Below are positions 38,962-48,201 of a stretch of DNA of 64,000 nt, piece by piece. How positions within the stretch are numbered: position 1 is the stretch's first letter; each line of letters starts with the position of its first letter. This DNA comes from an uncultured Gemmatimonadales bacterium (GTDB lineage Bacteria > Gemmatimonadota > Gemmatimonadetes > Longimicrobiales > RSA9). Position numbers and translations under genes: made by a program. The notes under the pieces were generated by a model. It was not told the origin of the DNA. It saw only the letters and a list, made by a program, of their open reading frames with translations, and searched no databases. Location of the stretch: contig OY970192.1 of NCBI GenBank assembly GCA_963708135.1, positions 4,032,001 to 4,096,000 of the forward strand. Direction: 5' to 3'.

Positions 38962-41452
38962 GCTCGAGCTGGGTCTCTCCGTCCGATTCGTCGTCCTCGC
39001 CACCCGCCGTCCCTCCCTCCTCCCGCTCCTTGGCCACGCGCGCGACCTCGACCACGCGATCGCCCTCCCCGAGGGGGACGAGCCGGCGGCCCTGGGTGTT
39101 GCGGCCCTGCTCGGGGATCGCCTCGGCCGCGAGGCGAGCCGCCACGCCGCTGGCGGCAATGACCATCAACTCGTCGCCGGCCAGGAGCTCCTTGGCGGCG
39201 ACGACGGCGCCGGTGCGGTCGGAGACATCGAGGGTGATGTTGCCGAGGCCGCCGCGCTTCTGGATCGGGTAGGCATCAATGGGCGTGCGCTTGGCGTAGC
39301 CGAGGGCGGTGACGGTGCAGAGGCTGGCCTCCCGGCGCACGACGACCATGCCGACAATGGCGTCGTCGCCGCGCAGCTTGATGCCAATGACGCCCTGGGC
39401 CGTCCGACCCATGGTTGGCACGTCGATCTCGGGGAAGCGGATGGCGCGGCCGGCGCGGGTAACGAGGACGACGTCGTTGGAGCCATCCGAGAGCTGGACG
39501 TCGAGCAGCTGGTCGCCCTGCTGTATCCTGATGGCGTTGATGCCGCCGGTGCGGATGTTGGCGAACTGGTCGAGGGCGGTCCGCTTGACGTTTCCGCCCG
39601 CGGTCAGGAACAGGAGCAGGCGGTCCTCGCTGAACTCGGAGACGGCGACGAGGGCGGCGAGGCGCTCCTGCCGCTCGAGGTCGAGGAGCTGGGCGACGGC
39701 CTTTCCGCGGCTGGCGCGGCTGCCCTCGGGGACATCGCGCACGGGGATGGCGTGCGCCTGGCCCTCGGCGGTGAAGAAGACGAGCGTGTCCGTGGTGCTG
39801 GCGATGAAGACGTGCTCGAGGAAGTCCTCTTCGTAGCGCTCCATCCCGGCGAGCGCCTTGCCCGAGCCGATGCGGCGCCGGTAGAGCGACATCGGGACGC
39901 GCTTGATGTAGCCCTGGTGGGAGACGGTGATGACCACGTCCTCCTGGGCGACGAAGTCCTCGACGGAGAACTCGGCCTCGCCGGCCACGATGGTGGTGCG
40001 GCGGGGATCGCCGAAACGCTCGACGACGGAGTCGAGCTCCTCGATGAGCACCTCGAGCTGGCGCTTCTCGCTGCCGAGGATGCCCTCCAGCTCGCGGATC
40101 CGGCGGCGCAGCTCCTTCAGCTGGCTGCGGAGATCCTCGGTCTCGAGAGAGGTCAGTCGGCCGAGGCGCATGTCGAGGATCGCCCTGGCCTGGGCCTCGG
40201 AGAGCTCGAAGCGCTTCTGCAGGCGGGCGGACGCATCCTCGCGGTCGCGGGCCTTCCTGATGATGGCGATGACCGCGTCAATGTTGTCCAGTGCGACGAG
40301 CAGGCCCTCGACGATGTGTGCTTCCTGGCGGGCCTTCTCGAGGTCGAACTGCGCGCGGCGGCGGATCACCTCGATGCGGTGGTCGCGGTAGCATTCGAGG
40401 ATCTGTCTGAGGTTCATCTCCTTCGGCCGGCCGTGGTCGAGCGCGAGCATGATGGCGCCGAAGGTGGATTGCAGGTAGGTGTGCTTGTAGAGGGCGTTCA
40501 GGATCGGCTTGGTCTGCGCGCCGCGCTTCAGCTCGATGACGATGCGCATGCCATCGCGGTCGGACTCATCACGCAGGTCCGCGATGTCCTCGACCCGGCG
40601 CAGGCGGGCCAGGTCCGCGATCTGCTCGATGACCTTGGACTTCGAGACGCCGTACGGCAGCTCCGTCACGACCAGCTGCTCGCGCCCCCCGCGGCGGGTC
40701 TCCTTCTGCACCCGCGCCCGCATGATCATGCGTCCGCGTCCGGTCCGGTAGGCGTCCTGGATCCCGCCCGCGCCGATGATGAACCCGCCGGTCGGGAAGT
40801 CCGGCCCGGGGACGTGGGCGATCAGGTCATCCAGCGTGCAGTCAGGGTGGGCGACGAGGTGCTTCACCGCGTTCGCGACCTCGCGCAGGTTGTGGGGCGG
40901 GATATTGGTGGCCATGCCGACCGCGATGCCGCTCGAGCCGTTGACCAGCAGGTTGGGGAGCCGGGACGGCAGGACCGTCGGCTCCTCGAGGCGGTCATCG
41001 AAGTTCGGCGCGAAGTCGACCGTGCCCCGGTCGAGGTCGGTCAGCAGCTCGACGGACAGCGGGGTCAGGCGGGCCTCGGTGTAGCGGTAGGCGGCCGCGT
41101 TGTCGCCATCGACCGAGCCGAAATTCCCCTGGCCGTCCACCAGCGGATAGCGCAGCGAGAAGTCCTGCACCATACGCACGAGCGCGTCGTAGACCGCGGT
41201 GTCGCCGTGCGGGTGGTACTTGCCCAGCACCTCGCCCACCACCGTCGCGCTCTTCTTGTAGGGGCGGGTCGGGCCGAGGCCCAGCTCGCTCATGGCGTAC
41301 AGGATGCGCCGGTGCACGGGCTTCAGCCCGTCCCGCACGTCCGGCAGCGCGCGCTGCACGATCACGCTCATGGAGTAATCGAGGAAGGAGTCCCTCATCT
41401 CCTCCTCGATGAGGCGGGGCACCACCCTCTCGCGCCTGGTCGGCATCGCCAT
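38933..41452 (-). CDS. Type IIA topoisomerase subunit A (GyrA/ParC paralogue)
   Basis: [15 protein letters not shown], catalytic RYTEARL, C-terminal pinwheel repeats. Confidence 0.93.
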   Translation of the reverse strand: MAMPTRRERVVPRLIEEEMRDSFLDYSMSVIVQRALPDVRDGLKPVHRRILYAMSELGLGPTRPYKKSATVVGEVLGKYHPHGDTAVYDALVRMVQDFSLRYPLVDGQGNFGSVDGDNAAAYRYTEARLTPLSVELLTDLDRGTVDFAPNFDDRLEEPTVLPSRLPNLLVNGSSGIAVGMATNIPPHNLREVANAVKHLVAHPDCTLDDLIAHVPGPDFPTGGFIIGAGGIQDAYRTGRGRMIMRARVQKETRRGGREQLVVTELPYGVSKSKVIEQIADLARLRRVEDIADLRDESDRDGMRIVIELKRGAQTKPILNALYKHTYLQSTFGAIMLALDHGRPKEMNLRQILECYRDHRIEVIRRRAQFDLEKARQEAHIVEGLLVALDNIDAVIAIIRKARDREDASARLQKRFELSEAQARAILDMRLGRLTSLETEDLRSQLKELRRRIRELEGILGSEKRQLEVLIEELDSVVERFGDPRRTTIVAGEAEFSVEDFVAQEDVVITVSHQGYIKRVPMSLYRRRIGSGKALAGMERYEEDFLEHVFIASTTDTLVFFTAEGQAHAIPVRDVPEGSRASRGKAVAQLLDLERQERLAALVAVSEFSEDRLLLFLTAGGNVKRTALDQFANIRTGGINAIRIQQGDQLLDVQLSDGSNDVVLVTRAGRAIRFPEIDVPTMGRTAQGVIGIKLRGDDAIVGMVVVRREASLCTVTALGYAKRTPIDAYPIQKRGGLGNITLDVSDRTGAVVAAKELLAGDELMVIAASGVAARLAAEAIPEQGRNTQGRRLVPLGEGDRVVEVARVAKEREEGGTAGGEDDESDGETQLELIAQAGDEA

Positions 41453-41687
41453 GCTGGTCGGTCTCCGTCAGTTCAGAACCACATTCATCGCCACTCGCCC
41501 CGCCTCCTCCCCGAGGGAGAGGAATAGGGCGCCGGCGAAGGTGAGTAAAGGGGAGCGGGCACCGGCGGCGCGTCGCGGCGGCGCGGCGCGCATCTTCGGG
41601 TTCCGTTCGGCATGCGTAAAGTGGCCCCGGAGGGTTCGGCGCGCCAGGGCGTGCACCGTGCGGGGGCGGGAGGTCGGGTTCGGGCGG

Positions 41688-41939
41688 TCAGGCGGGAGCG
41701 GATCCCTCGGAGCGGAGCAGGTCGGCGATGCGGGTGCGGAGCGGCTGGGGGCAGGGCTTCTGGCCCTGAGCAGCGCTGTGGAGCGCGTCCTGGAAGGCAG
41801 TGGAGAAGCGGAGCACGGGGTAGCACCCCTGGCAGACTTCCATGTGGTGGCGAACGGCCTGGGCGTCCTCCTGGGGCAGCTCGCCGTCGAGGTACTCGTA
41901 GAGGCGGGCGAGGGCCTCGATGCACTCGTTTCTGCTCAT
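41688..41939 (-). CDS. Zinc-binding anti-sigma factor (zf-HC2, RsrA-like), soluble
   Basis: C...YLDGEL...HMEVCQGC; overlaps the sigma stop codon; no TM. Confidence 0.88.
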   Translation of the reverse strand: MSRNECIEALARLYEYLDGELPQEDAQAVRHHMEVCQGCYPVLRFSTAFQDALHSAAQGQKPCPQPLRTRIADLLRSEGSAPA

Positions 41940-42553
41940 TGCGGGCCTGGCGTGACGGCGTCCGGCCGCGGCCGGGACGCGAACTGGTAGAGGGCCTGCT
42001 GGAGGAGCCGACGTCCGCGGAAGAGACGGCTCTTGACGGTGCCGACGGGGATGGCGAGGACGTCGGCGATCTCGGCGTAAGCGAGGCCCTCGAGATCGCT
42101 CAGGACGACGGCGTCGCGGAAGTCGGGCGGCAGCGCCTCGATGGCGGCGAGGATGGTGTCGTCGATGAGGGACGAGAAGAACTCGCCCTCGGGATCGTAC
42201 TGATAGGCGGCGGCAAAGACGGGGATCTCGCTCGTACGCACCTTGCCCGTGTCGGCTTCCTGCGCGGCCTGGCGGACGGTCTCGTCGCGCCGCTGGTCGC
42301 GCTTTCGCTGCCGGAGGAAGACGTTCCGGCAGATAGTAAAGAGCCAGCTCTTCGCGCGGGTTCCCGGCGTGTACTGCTCCCAGGCGCGGAAGGCGCGCAG
42401 GAAGGTCTCCTGGACGAGGTCCTCCGCGTCGGCGGCGGAGCCGCTCAGCCGGAGGGCGAAGCGGTACACGGCGTCGAGGTGAGGCAGGGCCTCTTCCTGA
42501 AAGGATCTGGTCCGGTCGTCCATGTCGACTGGAGGTGCAGAAGGTCGGTCCAT
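41936..42553 (-). CDS. ECF sigma factor (SigR/SigH-like)
   Basis: AEDLVQETFLRA, WLFTICRN, YAEIA, GTVKSRLFRGR. Confidence 0.93.
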   Translation of the reverse strand: MDRPSAPPVDMDDRTRSFQEEALPHLDAVYRFALRLSGSAADAEDLVQETFLRAFRAWEQYTPGTRAKSWLFTICRNVFLRQRKRDQRRDETVRQAAQEADTGKVRTSEIPVFAAAYQYDPEGEFFSSLIDDTILAAIEALPPDFRDAVVLSDLEGLAYAEIADVLAIPVGTVKSRLFRGRRLLQQALYQFASRPRPDAVTPGPQ

Positions 42554-42604
42554 GCAGGAGAGTACGGTCGCGGCCGGCCCAAGTCAAAGGGGCCTGGCGG
42601 GGGC

Positions 42605-42919
42605 TCAATCCCAGATCTCGAGGGTCTCCTCGAACTCCGCCGCCATGCCGGGATGGCCGTGCGTTCGGGCGGCCTGGACGCCCTTTCGGTAGGCGTCGCG
42701 CGCCTCGTCTTCGCGCCCGAGACGGCGCAGCGCGTTGCCGAGGCGGCCCCAGGCGTTGCCCTGGTCATCGGCGAGGGCGAGGTACTCCCGGAGCTCGTCG
42801 ACGACCTGCTCCCAGCGTCCCTCCTTCTCGTACTCGGCAGCCAGCCCGAAGCGGAGGCGGGGGTCATTCGGGTTGCGCTCCATCATCTTCCGCAGCGCGT
42901 CGATCCTGGGATTCTCCAT
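42605..42919 (-). CDS. Small TPR protein
   Basis: Two TPR-like helical pairs (FGLAAEY; AWGRLGNAL..LGR..EA..AY..G). Confidence 0.8.
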   Translation of the reverse strand: MENPRIDALRKMMERNPNDPRLRFGLAAEYEKEGRWEQVVDELREYLALADDQGNAWGRLGNALRRLGREDEARDAYRKGVQAARTHGHPGMAAEFEETLEIWD

Positions 42920-42939
42920 CCGTCCTCCCACTGGTGGCG

Positions 42940-43412
42940 GCCTGCGGCCCGAGGCCGAGGCGGGCCGCGAGCCGGAGCGCGTCGAAGGGCGCCTCGACCT
43001 TGGCGTCGTTGTCGAAATATACGTACACGTCCGCGCGTCGCGGCGCGCGGGCCCGCAGCCGGGAATGGCCGCGGCATCCGCGGGGGCGCGCCCCGTCCGC
43101 CACGCGCGGATGCGATCCGCCCAGCGATCGAGCTCGCCGTCGGTGTACGAGCGGGTCGCGCAGCTTCTTCATGTGGGTGATGAAGCGGCTCCCCTTGAGG
43201 GCGAAGGCGAAGCCGGCCGGCGTCTCGGCGTACCAGCGGCGGTAGCTGTCCGGCGTCTGGAGCGAGTAGAAGGACCCGTTGATCTCGATGGTATCCAGGC
43301 GACGACTGGCGTACTCCAATTCGCGGCGCCGGGGCAGCGTCCCTGGATAGAAGACGTCCCGCCAGCCTTGGTAGGTCCAGCCCGAGATCCCGATCCGCAC
43401 ACTACCCGACAT
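42940..43412 (-). pseudogene. DUF72 protein remnant with internal deletion and frameshifts (3' end approximate)
   Basis: N-terminal GISGW...EINGSFY...ITHMKKL joined directly to C-terminal motifs YTD.ELDRWA (shifted frame) and YVYFDND. Confidence 0.75.
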
Positions 43413-43694
43413 CCCCCCCGCCTGCAACGGTCCGGAACGTTTCCGGGCGCGTGCGCCCTCAGCGCAAGAGGCGCTCCTGCACGCCGGGGGCGGCGGTCGA
43501 AGCCGCTCCTGGGGAGCGGCGGGACGTGGAGTCCCCAAGATCGGATGCATGCTTCCGCAAGCGATTTGGCGGCAATGACTTGACCAGCGCAGCGGTCCGG
43601 TGCTTGCAATCGGGACCGGTGTGGACGCGGGACAACGGCTGCGCCGAAGCGGGCGGGTTTCGAATAGATCGGGGAGGCGAAGTTGAGACACGGG

Positions 43695-44231
43695 ATGGGG
43701 CGGCTGGCGGCCCTGCTGATCCTGATCGCCACGACGGCGGCCGGAGGGCAGGAGCCGCGCAGCTGGGATGCCAAGGCGAGCTCGCCGTCGGATTCGGTCC
43801 TGGGCACGGGCGCTTCGGCCCGGCTGGTCGTGGCGCCGGCGGTCCTGGAGCAGTGGAACTACCTGTACCGCTACGTCAACGAGGTGGAGTTCGTGCTCTG
43901 CCTGGAGGGGCAGGAGCGGGACGGCAAGACCTACATCACCGGCTTCCGGCTGGCGCGGATGGAGGCGGCGGACGCGAACAGCGTGCGCTACGAGCCGTGC
44001 ACGTCGGGGGCCTACATCGGGACGGCGCACAACCACCCGCCCAGCTCGCGGGGCGGGGGGCTGTGCTATCCCTCGGTCCCGGACCGGCAGAGCTTCGCGG
44101 CGGACGGGCGGGCGCTGGTGGACGTGGTCCTGTGCGGTGAGAACCGCTTCATCTGGTCGCTGAAGGATGGCACGTCCGGGGGCACTCCCGCGGCGATCGC
44201 GGCGGCGCGGGCGAGCGGGGGCTCGCCCTGA
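43695..44231 (+). CDS. Secreted JAB/MPN (JAMM)-like protein
   Basis: Signal peptide; E...IGTAHNHP...PSVPD. Confidence 0.6.
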   Translation: MGRLAALLILIATTAAGGQEPRSWDAKASSPSDSVLGTGASARLVVAPAVLEQWNYLYRYVNEVEFVLCLEGQERDGKTYITGFRLARMEAADANSVRYEPCTSGAYIGTAHNHPPSSRGGGLCYPSVPDRQSFAADGRALVDVVLCGENRFIWSLKDGTSGGTPAAIAAARASGGSP

Positions 44232-44315
44232 CGGGCGGACGCAGGGCGACGCCGGGGGGGTGATCGTCGGACGGCCGGCTTCGGGGGCGGCGCATCCCCG
44301 AACGTGACCGCCGGA

Positions 44316-46052
44316 TCACCCTCCGATCATCTCCCCACCTCCGACGGCCTTCTGGCCGACAATGAAGACGATGGCCATCAGCACGATCAGGAGCACGGCA
44401 TAGGCGGCGGCGGCGCCGAAGTCGTAGGCGCGGAGCTGCGAGAGGATCTCGACGGAGATCGGGCGGGTGGCGTGCGTGTAGAGGATGATGGAGGCGACGA
44501 ACTCGCCGAGGGCGGTGACGAAGGCGAGCAGGGCGCCGGCCACGAGGCCCGGGAGCACGAGGGGGAGCACGACGCGTCGCATGGCGTGGATCCAGGAGGC
44601 GCCGAGGGAGGCGGCGGCCTCCTCGAGGGCGGGATCGAGCTGCCGGAAGCTGGCGAGCGCCGCGCGGGTGACGAGGGGAATGTCGCGGATGAAGTAGGCG
44701 AGCGGCAGGATGAGCGCGGTGCCGATCAAGATGAAGCGGCCGGCCCACGGCTGGCTCGCGCTGAAGGTGGTGGCGAGCGCGATGGCGAGGACGGTGCCGG
44801 GGAGCGCCCAGGGCAGGGCGACGAGGAACGAGAGCAGCCCCTTGCCGCGCCCGCCGCGCCGGACCAGGAGGTACGCGGCGAGGAAGGCGACGGCGAGGTC
44901 GGCGGCGGTAGCCAGCGTCGCCATGCGGAGCGAGTTGAGCACGGGGGCGAGCCGCTGCGCCTGGGTGAACAGGTCGCGGTAGTTGACGAGGGAGTACACC
45001 GGAGGCAGCAGCTCGGTGGTCCAGCTGCCGGCGGGCACGAACGACACGAGCACGACAGTGAGATGGGGCAGCACCAGGAAAGCGACGATGGCGGCCGCGA
45101 GCGGCAGCGCCCAGGCGCGGCGCCGGCGCGGGAAGCCGCCCGCCGTCCCCTTGCCCGCGCCGGTGTAGAGGCGACCCGCCTCGTAGCGCTGGAGCATGGC
45201 GAGGAAGAGGAGCGAAGCGGCGGCGAGGACGACAGTCTCGACGGCAGCCATGGAGAGGTCGCCGTTCAGCTTGCTGGCGAAGATCTGCGTGGTCAGCACG
45301 CGGAAGCCGCCGCCGAAGATGTAGGGTGCGCTGAAGGAGCCCATCGAGGTCATGAAGACGAGCAGCGCGGCGCCGGCAATGGCGGGGGCGAGCATGGGCA
45401 GGGTGACGCGCCGGAGCGTGGTCCAGCGGCCGGCGCCGAGCACGGCGGCGGCCTCGACCTGGGCCGCGTCGGCGCGGGCGAGGGCGGCGCTGGTGAACAG
45501 GTAGAAGTAGACGTACATGCTGTAGGCGTGGACGAGCAGGATCGCGCCGGGTCCGTTGAGCAGCCAGGGCGGATTGGCGAGCCCGAGCGCGAGCTGGATG
45601 CCGCGGGTGAAGAAGCCGGTCTCGCCATAGAGGAACAGGAACGCGATGACGCCGACGAGCGGAGGCAGCAGGACGGGCAGCGAGGCGAGCGCGGCCAGCA
45701 CGCGGCGGCCGGGGAACTCGTAGCGCGCGAAGAGGAAGGCGAGAGGCACGCCCACGAGCCCGGAAAAGAGGACGCTGAGCGCGGAGATCCAGACGCTGTT
45801 CCAGAGGGCGCCGCGCTCGGCCGCGCTCTCCCAGAAGCGGACGTAGTTGGCGAGCGTGAGGCCTCCGGGGCGGTGGAGGCTGTCGCCGAGCACGAACACG
45901 TTCGGGTACAGGACGAGCCAGAGAAGGAGCACCAGCAGCGCCAGGCCGGCCACGCCGAGGGCGCCCCGCGGCGGGCGGAGCGCAGCGCGCAGGCGCGTCG
46001 CGGCACGCGGCGGCGCGGATGACGAGGCGGGAGCGACGGCCGGCACGCTCAT
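44316..46052 (-). CDS. ABC transporter permease (Fe3+/thiamine FbpB type, two TM modules)
   Basis: Two EAA..LGA loops. Confidence 0.92.
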   Translation of the reverse strand: MSVPAVAPASSSAPPRAATRLRAALRPPRGALGVAGLALLVLLLWLVLYPNVFVLGDSLHRPGGLTLANYVRFWESAAERGALWNSVWISALSVLFSGLVGVPLAFLFARYEFPGRRVLAALASLPVLLPPLVGVIAFLFLYGETGFFTRGIQLALGLANPPWLLNGPGAILLVHAYSMYVYFYLFTSAALARADAAQVEAAAVLGAGRWTTLRRVTLPMLAPAIAGAALLVFMTSMGSFSAPYIFGGGFRVLTTQIFASKLNGDLSMAAVETVVLAAASLLFLAMLQRYEAGRLYTGAGKGTAGGFPRRRRAWALPLAAAIVAFLVLPHLTVVLVSFVPAGSWTTELLPPVYSLVNYRDLFTQAQRLAPVLNSLRMATLATAADLAVAFLAAYLLVRRGGRGKGLLSFLVALPWALPGTVLAIALATTFSASQPWAGRFILIGTALILPLAYFIRDIPLVTRAALASFRQLDPALEEAAASLGASWIHAMRRVVLPLVLPGLVAGALLAFVTALGEFVASIILYTHATRPISVEILSQLRAYDFGAAAAYAVLLIVLMAIVFIVGQKAVGGGEMIGG

Positions 46053-46061
46053 CTCCCGCCT

Positions 46062-47141
46062 TCAGGCGGGGAACGCCCGGCCGAGCATCCCGGGCCGGAG
46101 CGTCACGCGCACGGTGGCTCCGACGGGCGCGGCATCGGCGGCCGCCTCGACGAGCAGCGGCGTGCCGGCCACATCCACGTGGTAGAAGGTGGCGGCGCCG
46201 GCGAAGCGGCGGCCCACGACGACCCCGGAGAGGGCGTTGGCGTCGGCCGCGGCGGCGTCGCGCGGGGGCTCGGCCGAGAGCGCGAGCGACTCGGGGCGGA
46301 CCAGCAATCGGACGCGGCTCCCGGCGTCGAGCGCCGGAGGATCGGCGGCCGTGGCAGGCCAGCGGGCATCGCCCTGGATCTCGCACAGGATGCGCCCCTC
46401 CGGCTCCACACCGGCCACGTGGCCATCGAGGAAGCCGGCGCGCCCGAGGAAGCCGGCCACGAACGGGTTGGCGGGTTCGAGGTAGAGGGTCTCGGGGGTG
46501 CCGAGCTGCTGGAGGCGGCCGTGGTCGAGGAGCGCGATGCGGTCGGAGAGCGCGAAGGCCTCCTCCTGGTCGTGGGTGACGAAGAGGGAGGTGATGCCGA
46601 GGCCCTTGAGCAGGGTCCGCAGCTCCTCGCGGGTGCGCTCGCGCAGGGCGGCATCGAGGTTGGAGAGCGGCTCGTCGAGGAGCAGCAGGGGCGGCTCGGG
46701 CGCGAGCGCGCGGGCCAGGGCGACGCGCTGCTGCTGGCCGCCAGAGAGCTGCTGAACGCGGCGCGGGCCGTACCCCGGCAGGTCCACGCGGGCGAGGGCC
46801 TCCTCGACGCGGCGGGGGATCTCCTCGGCGGGCACGCGGCGCGCCTTCAGCCCGAAGGCCACGTTCTCGAAGACATCGAGGTGCGGGAAGAGCGCGTAAT
46901 TCTGGAAGACCATGCCGACGGCGCGCCTCTGCGGGGAAAGGCCCGTGACGTCGCGGCCGTCCAGGAGCACGCGGCCGGCGGTGGCGAGCTCGAAGCCGGC
47001 GACCATGCGCAGCGTCGTCGTCTTCCCGCAGCCGGAGGGGCCGAGCAGGGTGACCAGCTCGCCGCGGGCCACCTCGAGCGAGAGCGCATCGACCGCCAGG
47101 ACCTCGCCGAAGCGCTTGCTGACCCCCTCGAGGCGGAGCAT
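46062..47141 (-). CDS. ABC transporter ATP-binding protein (FbpC/PotA type)
   Basis: GPSGCGKT, LSGGQQQ, LLDEP. Confidence 0.93.
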   Translation of the reverse strand: MLRLEGVSKRFGEVLAVDALSLEVARGELVTLLGPSGCGKTTTLRMVAGFELATAGRVLLDGRDVTGLSPQRRAVGMVFQNYALFPHLDVFENVAFGLKARRVPAEEIPRRVEEALARVDLPGYGPRRVQQLSGGQQQRVALARALAPEPPLLLLDEPLSNLDAALRERTREELRTLLKGLGITSLFVTHDQEEAFALSDRIALLDHGRLQQLGTPETLYLEPANPFVAGFLGRAGFLDGHVAGVEPEGRILCEIQGDARWPATAADPPALDAGSRVRLLVRPESLALSAEPPRDAAAADANALSGVVVGRRFAGAATFYHVDVAGTPLLVEAAADAAPVGATVRVTLRPGMLGRAFPA

Positions 47142-47151
47142 GGCGCGGCGC

Positions 47152-48201
47152 TCAGCTCCGGCCGCGCACGTGCTCGTCCCAGTAGCGCATCCAGTCGGGT
47201 CCGCGCTCCTGGAGGCGCCGCCAGTCGAGGGGCTCCGGGACGATCCGGCGCAGCGCATCGCGCAGATGGGGCGGGAGCGAGTCCGGGGGCACGTCGGCGC
47301 GGGCGGGGAGCCGGTCGAAGCTGCGCGCGGCCAGGAGCGTGCCTTCCATGCCGCCCACGAACTCCACGAACTGGCGGGCGAGCTGGGGGTGGGGCGCGCC
47401 CTTCGGGATGGCGATGGCGTCCACGAGCAGCGGCGTACCGCTTGTGGGAAGCGTGTAGGCGATGGGCAGCTTCGTGCGGGCGCGCAGCTCGTCGATGTCG
47501 GGCATGTCCCATAGGGTCACGAGACCTTCCCGCCGTGCGAGCTTCTGGTAGAGCAGCGTGGGGTTCAGCACGTACTCCTTGGTCTGCGCGTCGAGCCGGC
47601 GCAGCCACTGCCAGCCCTGGGCGGTATCGCCGGTGGCGCGAATGGAGCGGTCGAGGACCATTCCGAAGATGGTGCGCATGGTGCCGCTGGCGAGCGGGTC
47701 GCGGATGAGGACCTGCCCCTTCCAGCGCGGATCGAGCACCTGCTCCCAGTCGTGCGGCGCGGCCGAATCGGGCACGGCGTCACTGTTGTAGGCGATCACC
47801 TCGGGGGTGAGGTAGGTGCCATACCAGCGGCCGGCGGAGTCGCGATCCACGGCGGGCACGGCGGCGCCCCACGCCGGACGGATCGTCTGGAGCAGCCCCT
47901 GATCGGCGGCGCGCTGGAAGATGGCGGCCGGCGCGCCGAACCAGACATCGGCCTGCGGGTTGGCCTTCTCGGAGCGAATGCGGTCGAGCACCTCCTGCGA
48001 GCCCATGTCGATCCACTGCACGTCCACGTCGGGATGGAGCTGCTCGAAGCGCTGCTCGAAGGCGGAGAGCAGCGCCCGCCCGTGGGGCGAGTAGACGACG
48101 AGGGGCGTGCGCGCGTCACCCGCGCACGCGGCGAGCACGGGCAGGAGAAGCAGCGCGGCGGCGCGGGCGGCGCGCCGCGCGGGCGCGCCCCCGCGACTCA
48201 C
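47152..48201 (-). CDS. ABC transporter substrate-binding lipoprotein
   Basis: LAAC lipobox; NPQADVWFG; DPLASGT. Confidence 0.9.
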   Translation of the reverse strand: MSRGGAPARRAARAAALLLLPVLAACAGDARTPLVVYSPHGRALLSAFEQRFEQLHPDVDVQWIDMGSQEVLDRIRSEKANPQADVWFGAPAAIFQRAADQGLLQTIRPAWGAAVPAVDRDSAGRWYGTYLTPEVIAYNSDAVPDSAAPHDWEQVLDPRWKGQVLIRDPLASGTMRTIFGMVLDRSIRATGDTAQGWQWLRRLDAQTKEYVLNPTLLYQKLARREGLVTLWDMPDIDELRARTKLPIAYTLPTSGTPLLVDAIAIPKGAPHPQLARQFVEFVGGMEGTLLAARSFDRLPARADVPPDSLPPHLRDALRRIVPEPLDWRRLQERGPDWMRYWDEHVRGRS

